Positions 46,331 through 50,327 of a stretch of 50,327 nucleotides of DNA are shown here, piece after piece; positions within the stretch are counted from its first letter, which is position 1, and each line of letters begins with the position of its first letter. The position numbers were made by a program, and so were the translations under genes. The DNA lies in assembly GCF_004010195.1 (NCBI RefSeq), contig NC_057757.1, positions 7,685,198-7,735,524 of the forward strand, given 5' to 3'. This stretch comes from Chiloscyllium plagiosum (Eukaryota). Below the pieces are notes generated by a model. That model had not been told where the DNA came from and searched no databases. It was given only the letters and a program-made list of their open reading frames with translations.

Positions 46331-47722
46331 AGCAGTATGAGATTATCAGCAGCACATGGGACACCGCACATTCTCTTTGAGGTCCCTCTGCACCTACTCA
46401 TTTGATAGCTGTGGGCTGTACTACACTTTCTGTACCAGTTGCAACATTGCGTTTCCCTGGTTCGGTGTTTGAGTTCAGGCGGTACAGGTATCGATCAAAG
46501 GCTCTGTCCCTCCACCTCTGGATAGCCACTAATTCCACATGAGAAGGGTGCAACTGAAACACACCTTGTGCTTCTGAATAAGGCACAGGGTGTCTCCATG
46601 TAGGCCCCAATACCCTTGTCGTTATTACTCAATACTCTCCTCTTCCCAAGTACCCCCCAAGAGCTGCTCCTCCCCATACAGAAAACTAGAAATTAGGTGC
46701 AGAAGTAGGCTATTTAGCCCTTTGAGCCTGCACCACCATTCAATATGATCATGCTATCTCAGTATCCCACTCCGTCTTTCTCTCAATTACCTTTAATCAC
46801 ATTAGCCATGCCCAGCTCCCTCTTGAATATATCTAATGAGTAGGACCCAACAGCTTCCTGTGGGGGAGAATCCCACAGGTTCACTGTGAAGAGCTTCTTC
46901 CTCATCTCAATCCTGAATGGCATACCCCTTTATTCTTAGACTGTGACCCCAAGTCTGGACTTGCCCAACATTGGGAACATTCCTCCCACATCTAGCCTGT
47001 CCAATCCCATCAGGAATTTATAGGTTTCTGTGAGATTCCCCTCTAATTCTTCTCAATTCCAGTGAACACAAGCCCAGCCGATCCAGTCTTCCTTCGGAGG
47101 TCAGTCCTGCCATCCTGGGAATCAGTCTGGTGAACCTTGGCTGGAGGATCTTTCCTCAGACAAGGAGACCAAAACTGCACACAATCCTCAAGGTGGGGCC
47201 TCACCAAGGCCCTGTATAACTGCAGCAGGACATCCTTACTCTGATACTCCAATCCTCTCACTAAGAAGGCCAGCATGCCATTAGCTTTCCTCGCTGCACC
47301 TGCATGCCATCCTTCAGTGACTGTTCCACCATGGCACCCAGGTCTTGGTGAACTTTGCCTTTGCCTAAACCTATCAGCACTCGGTGATCACCGGCCTTGC
47401 TCTTTGTGCCACCGCAGTGGATCATCTCCCCAATATTCCCATTATATTGCATTTGTCAAGTATCTTCCCACTCAGTCAGTCTGCCCAAGTCACCCTGCAG
47501 CCTCTTAGCATCCTCTTCATGTCACTAAGCCGGGTGGCACTGTGTGCTATCGGCACATTTGGAGACATGGCATTCAGTTCCTTCGTTTCAAATGTGATTG
47601 TATATTGTGAACAGCGAGGGTTCCAGAACTAAATGGTGCGGTACCCCACTGCCTGCTGCTCTGAAAAAGACCCGTTTATTCCAAATCTCTGCCTCCTGTC
47701 TGCCAACCAATTCTGTATCCAT

Positions 47723-48082
47723 TAGGCAAAAGTGAGGACTGCAGATGCTGTAGATCAGAGTCGAGAGTGTGGTGCTGGAAAAGCACAGCTGGATAAGCCC
47801 TTCATCAGGAATGAGGCTGGGAGCTGAGTGGGTGGTGAAATAAATGGGAGGATGGTGAGAGGGGAGGAAGGTAGCTGAGAGTGCTCCAACCTATCACCAT
47901 TACCCCTATCTCTACCTAACGCACTCTCAGTCACCTCCCACCCCCCTTCCATTTATCTCTCCATCCCCCCCCCAGCTCTCAGCCTCATTCCTAATTAAGG
48001 GCTTTTTGCCCGAACCATCGATTCTCCTGCTCCTCAGATGCTGCCTGACCTGCTGTGCTTTTCCAGCACCACACTCTCGACT
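47723..48082. mobile_element. PLE-derived fold-back element with 15-bp exact TSD
   Basis: Left arm GAGTCGAGAGTGTGGTGCTGGAAAAGCACAGC..TCAGGAATGAGGCTGGGAGCTG; right arm CAGCTCTCAGCCTCATTCCT..GCTGTGCTTTTCCAGCACCACACTCTCGACTC. CAATTCTGTATCCAT at 47708-47722 and 48083-48097. Confidence 0.9.
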
Positions 48083-49295
48083 CAATTCTGTATCCATGAC
48101 AATACATTATCTCTATTATAAGCTTTAATTTTCCTTACTAATCTTTTGTGTGGGACCTTATCTAAAACTTTTTGACAATCCAGATACACAACATCTACTG
48201 ATTCATCCATGTCCATTCTTCTGGTCACATCCTCAAAACAAATTCCAGAAGATTTGCCAAGTATGATTTCCGTTTAGTGACTCCATGCTGAGTGGGACTG
48301 ATTCCGTCACTGCTTTCCAAATGCTCAGTTATTACATCCTTAATCATTGGTTCCAGCATTTTCCCCACCGGCAATGTCAGGCTGACTGGGCTACAATTTC
48401 CCATATTCTCTCACCCTCCTTTTTTAATGAGTGGGGTGACATTAGCTACCCTCCAGCCCACTGGAATTCTCCTAGAGTCTACAGAAGGCTGGAAAGTGAT
48501 TACCCAATGCCACCACTATTGCTCGGGCCACTTCCTTAAGTACTCAGGAATGCAGAGCATCAGTCCCTGGGGACTTGCCGGGTTTTAACCCCATGAATTT
48601 CCCCAATACCATTTTCCTTCAGTTCCTCCTTCATGCTTGACCCTCTGTCCCCGAGCATTTCCTGAAAGTTATTTGTGTTCTCCTTCGTGAAGACAGATCC
48701 AAAAAGTACTTGTTCATCTGGTCTGCCATGTCGTCCATTGTGAATTCACCCGAATCTAACCGTAAGGGACCTACATTTGTGTGCAGTCTTTTCCCCTTCA
48801 TCTATCTACAGTAGATTTTACAGTCAGTTGTTTTCTGCAAATTTGCTCTGTATTCTCGTTTCCCCTTCTGAATTAAGCCCTTTATCCTCTAGTGAATTTT
48901 AAGTTTCTCCCAGTCTGTGTTTTCTGGCCAATTGAAATGCCTCCTGTTTGGCTTTAACACTATCGCTGATTTCCCCTGTTGGCCGTGGTTGAGCCACCCT
49001 GACACCAGTCAGCGATGGACAAAATTGTTGAAGTTGGTCCATGGGATCTTTAAATGTCTGCCAACCTCTTAAGTATCCGTGGCCAGCTTATCCAAGCCAA
49101 TCCATGTCTCATACCATCCAAGTTAGCTTGCTTTAAGTTCAGGGCCCCAGCCTCCGATTTAACTGTGTCCCTCTCCATCTTTTATGAAGAATTCTACCAT
49201 ATTATGGTCACTCTTCCCCAAAGGAGCTCGCACCACAAGGTTGCTCGTTAATCCTCTCTCCTTACACAATACCCAGCCTACAATGGCTTTCTCTC

Positions 49296-49630
49296 TAGAT
49301 TAGATTAGATTAGATTTAGATTAGATTACATTACAGTGTGGAAACAGGCCCTTCGGCCCAACAAATCCACACCGACCCGCCGAAGCGCAACCCACCCATA
49401 CCCCTACATTTACCCCTTACCTAACACTACAGGCAATTTAGCATGGCCAATTCACCTGACCCTGCACATCTTTGGACTGTGGGAGGAAACCGGAGCACCT
49501 GGAGGAAACCCACGCAGACACGGGGAGAACGTGCAAACTCCACACAGTCAGTCGCCTGAGGCGGGAATTGAACCCGGGTCTCTGGCGCTGTGAGGCAGCA
49601 GTGCTAACCACTGTGCCACCGTGCTACCCA
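49296..49630 (-). mobile_element. HE1-type V-SINE, full length and young
   Basis: Near-identical reverse complement of 12874-13208, with a (TAGAT)n tail at 49296-49327. Confidence 0.93.
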
Positions 49631-50250
49631 TTAATTGGGTCCTCAACATGTTGGTCAAGGAGAGCATCCCTAATACATTCCCGGAATCCTCCTCCGTCAC
49701 AGTGCTACCCGTTTGGTTAGTTATATCAAAGTCATCCATAACAAGTGCTGTACCCTTACTGTAGGCATCTCTCATTTTCTGTTTAATGGCATCCCCAGCC
49801 TCTCCACTATTGCTTAGTGGTCTGTACACAACTCCCACTAATTTCTTTTATTCCGTTTGGTGTTCCGCAGCTCCAACAATACTGATTCCACGTCGTCCAG
49901 GCTAATATGTTAATTCTCTTCTTAACCAACAATGCTACCCCAGCTCCCTTTCCTTTCCATCCATCTTTGCTGAATATTGAATACACCTGGATGTTCAGTT
50001 CCCATGTTGGTCACCCTGGAGCCAGGTCTCCGCCATTCCAGTTAGATTATGTCTGTTATAATTAGGGGTCTGCGCAGTTAATTCATCCACCTTATTACGA
50101 ATGTTCCTCGCATCGAGACACAGAGCCTTCAGACTTGTGTTTTGATATGTGTTTGCCTTTTCGAGTTACGTAGTGTGGCCCTTTTTGATTTTTGTCTTTG
50201 GTTTCTCAGCCATCCACTTTCACTTTTTCCCTTACTGTCCTTTATTTATG

Positions 50251-50327
50251 AGTCTAAACCATCCCCCCCCCACTGTATTAGTCTAAACCATCCCCCCCCA
50301 CTGTATTAGTCTAAACCATCCCCCCCT
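50251..50327 (+). repeat. 28-29-bp tandem repeat (~2.7 copies, runs off the window)
   Basis: AGTCTAAACCAT(C)8-9ACTGTATT at 50251, 50280 and 50308. Confidence 0.92.

Larger units (their letters stand above)
46683..50200 (-). mobile_element. Long decayed CR1 LINE (APE endonuclease through RT to 3' tail) carrying nested insertions
   Basis: LKALCLDARNIRNKVDELTAQ (~50071-50132), GVVYRPLS..LVMDDF (49730-49840), KPGKSPGTD, YSPVSLT-like motif, LVRPHLEDCVQFWSP. Confidence 0.92.

Noticed and set aside
46330..46680. Minus-strand ORF 46398-46610 as an Ig-like exon
   Set aside because: The resemblance is only vague. Canonical Cys/Trp positions and a clear acceptor are missing.

Overview
This is eukaryotic, repeat-dominated draft-assembly sequence with 7 N-gaps. 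It is almost certainly from a shark, probably a carpet or bamboo shark, inferred from HE1-type V-SINEs with (AATCT)n tails, HER1/CR1 LINEs and an elasmobranch-like ATP6/COX3 NUMT. I see no intact protein-coding gene and nothing prokaryotic. Contents: (1) an old ~4.2-4.5 kb tandem duplication (~413-9060); (2) two decayed C2H2 zinc-finger genes head-to-head around a CpG-rich NRF1/YY1/GC-box promoter-like island (10.6-17.4 kb); (3) a ~5.6 kb 33-bp satellite with higher-order structure; (4) a tRNA-Gln(TTG) pseudogene; (5) a mitochondrial ATP6-COX3 insertion cut by two later retroelements; (6) many CR1 LINE and HE1 SINE copies; (7) many Penelope-like element (PLE) pieces. The most interesting signal is a set of short PLE-terminus-derived palindromic (fold-back) insertions. 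They carry minimal hammerhead-ribozyme motifs, have 10-16 bp target-site duplications (TSDs), and one has a visible empty site in the paralogous copy. Coordinates of degenerate repeats are approximate, and family names come from recognition, not database searches.
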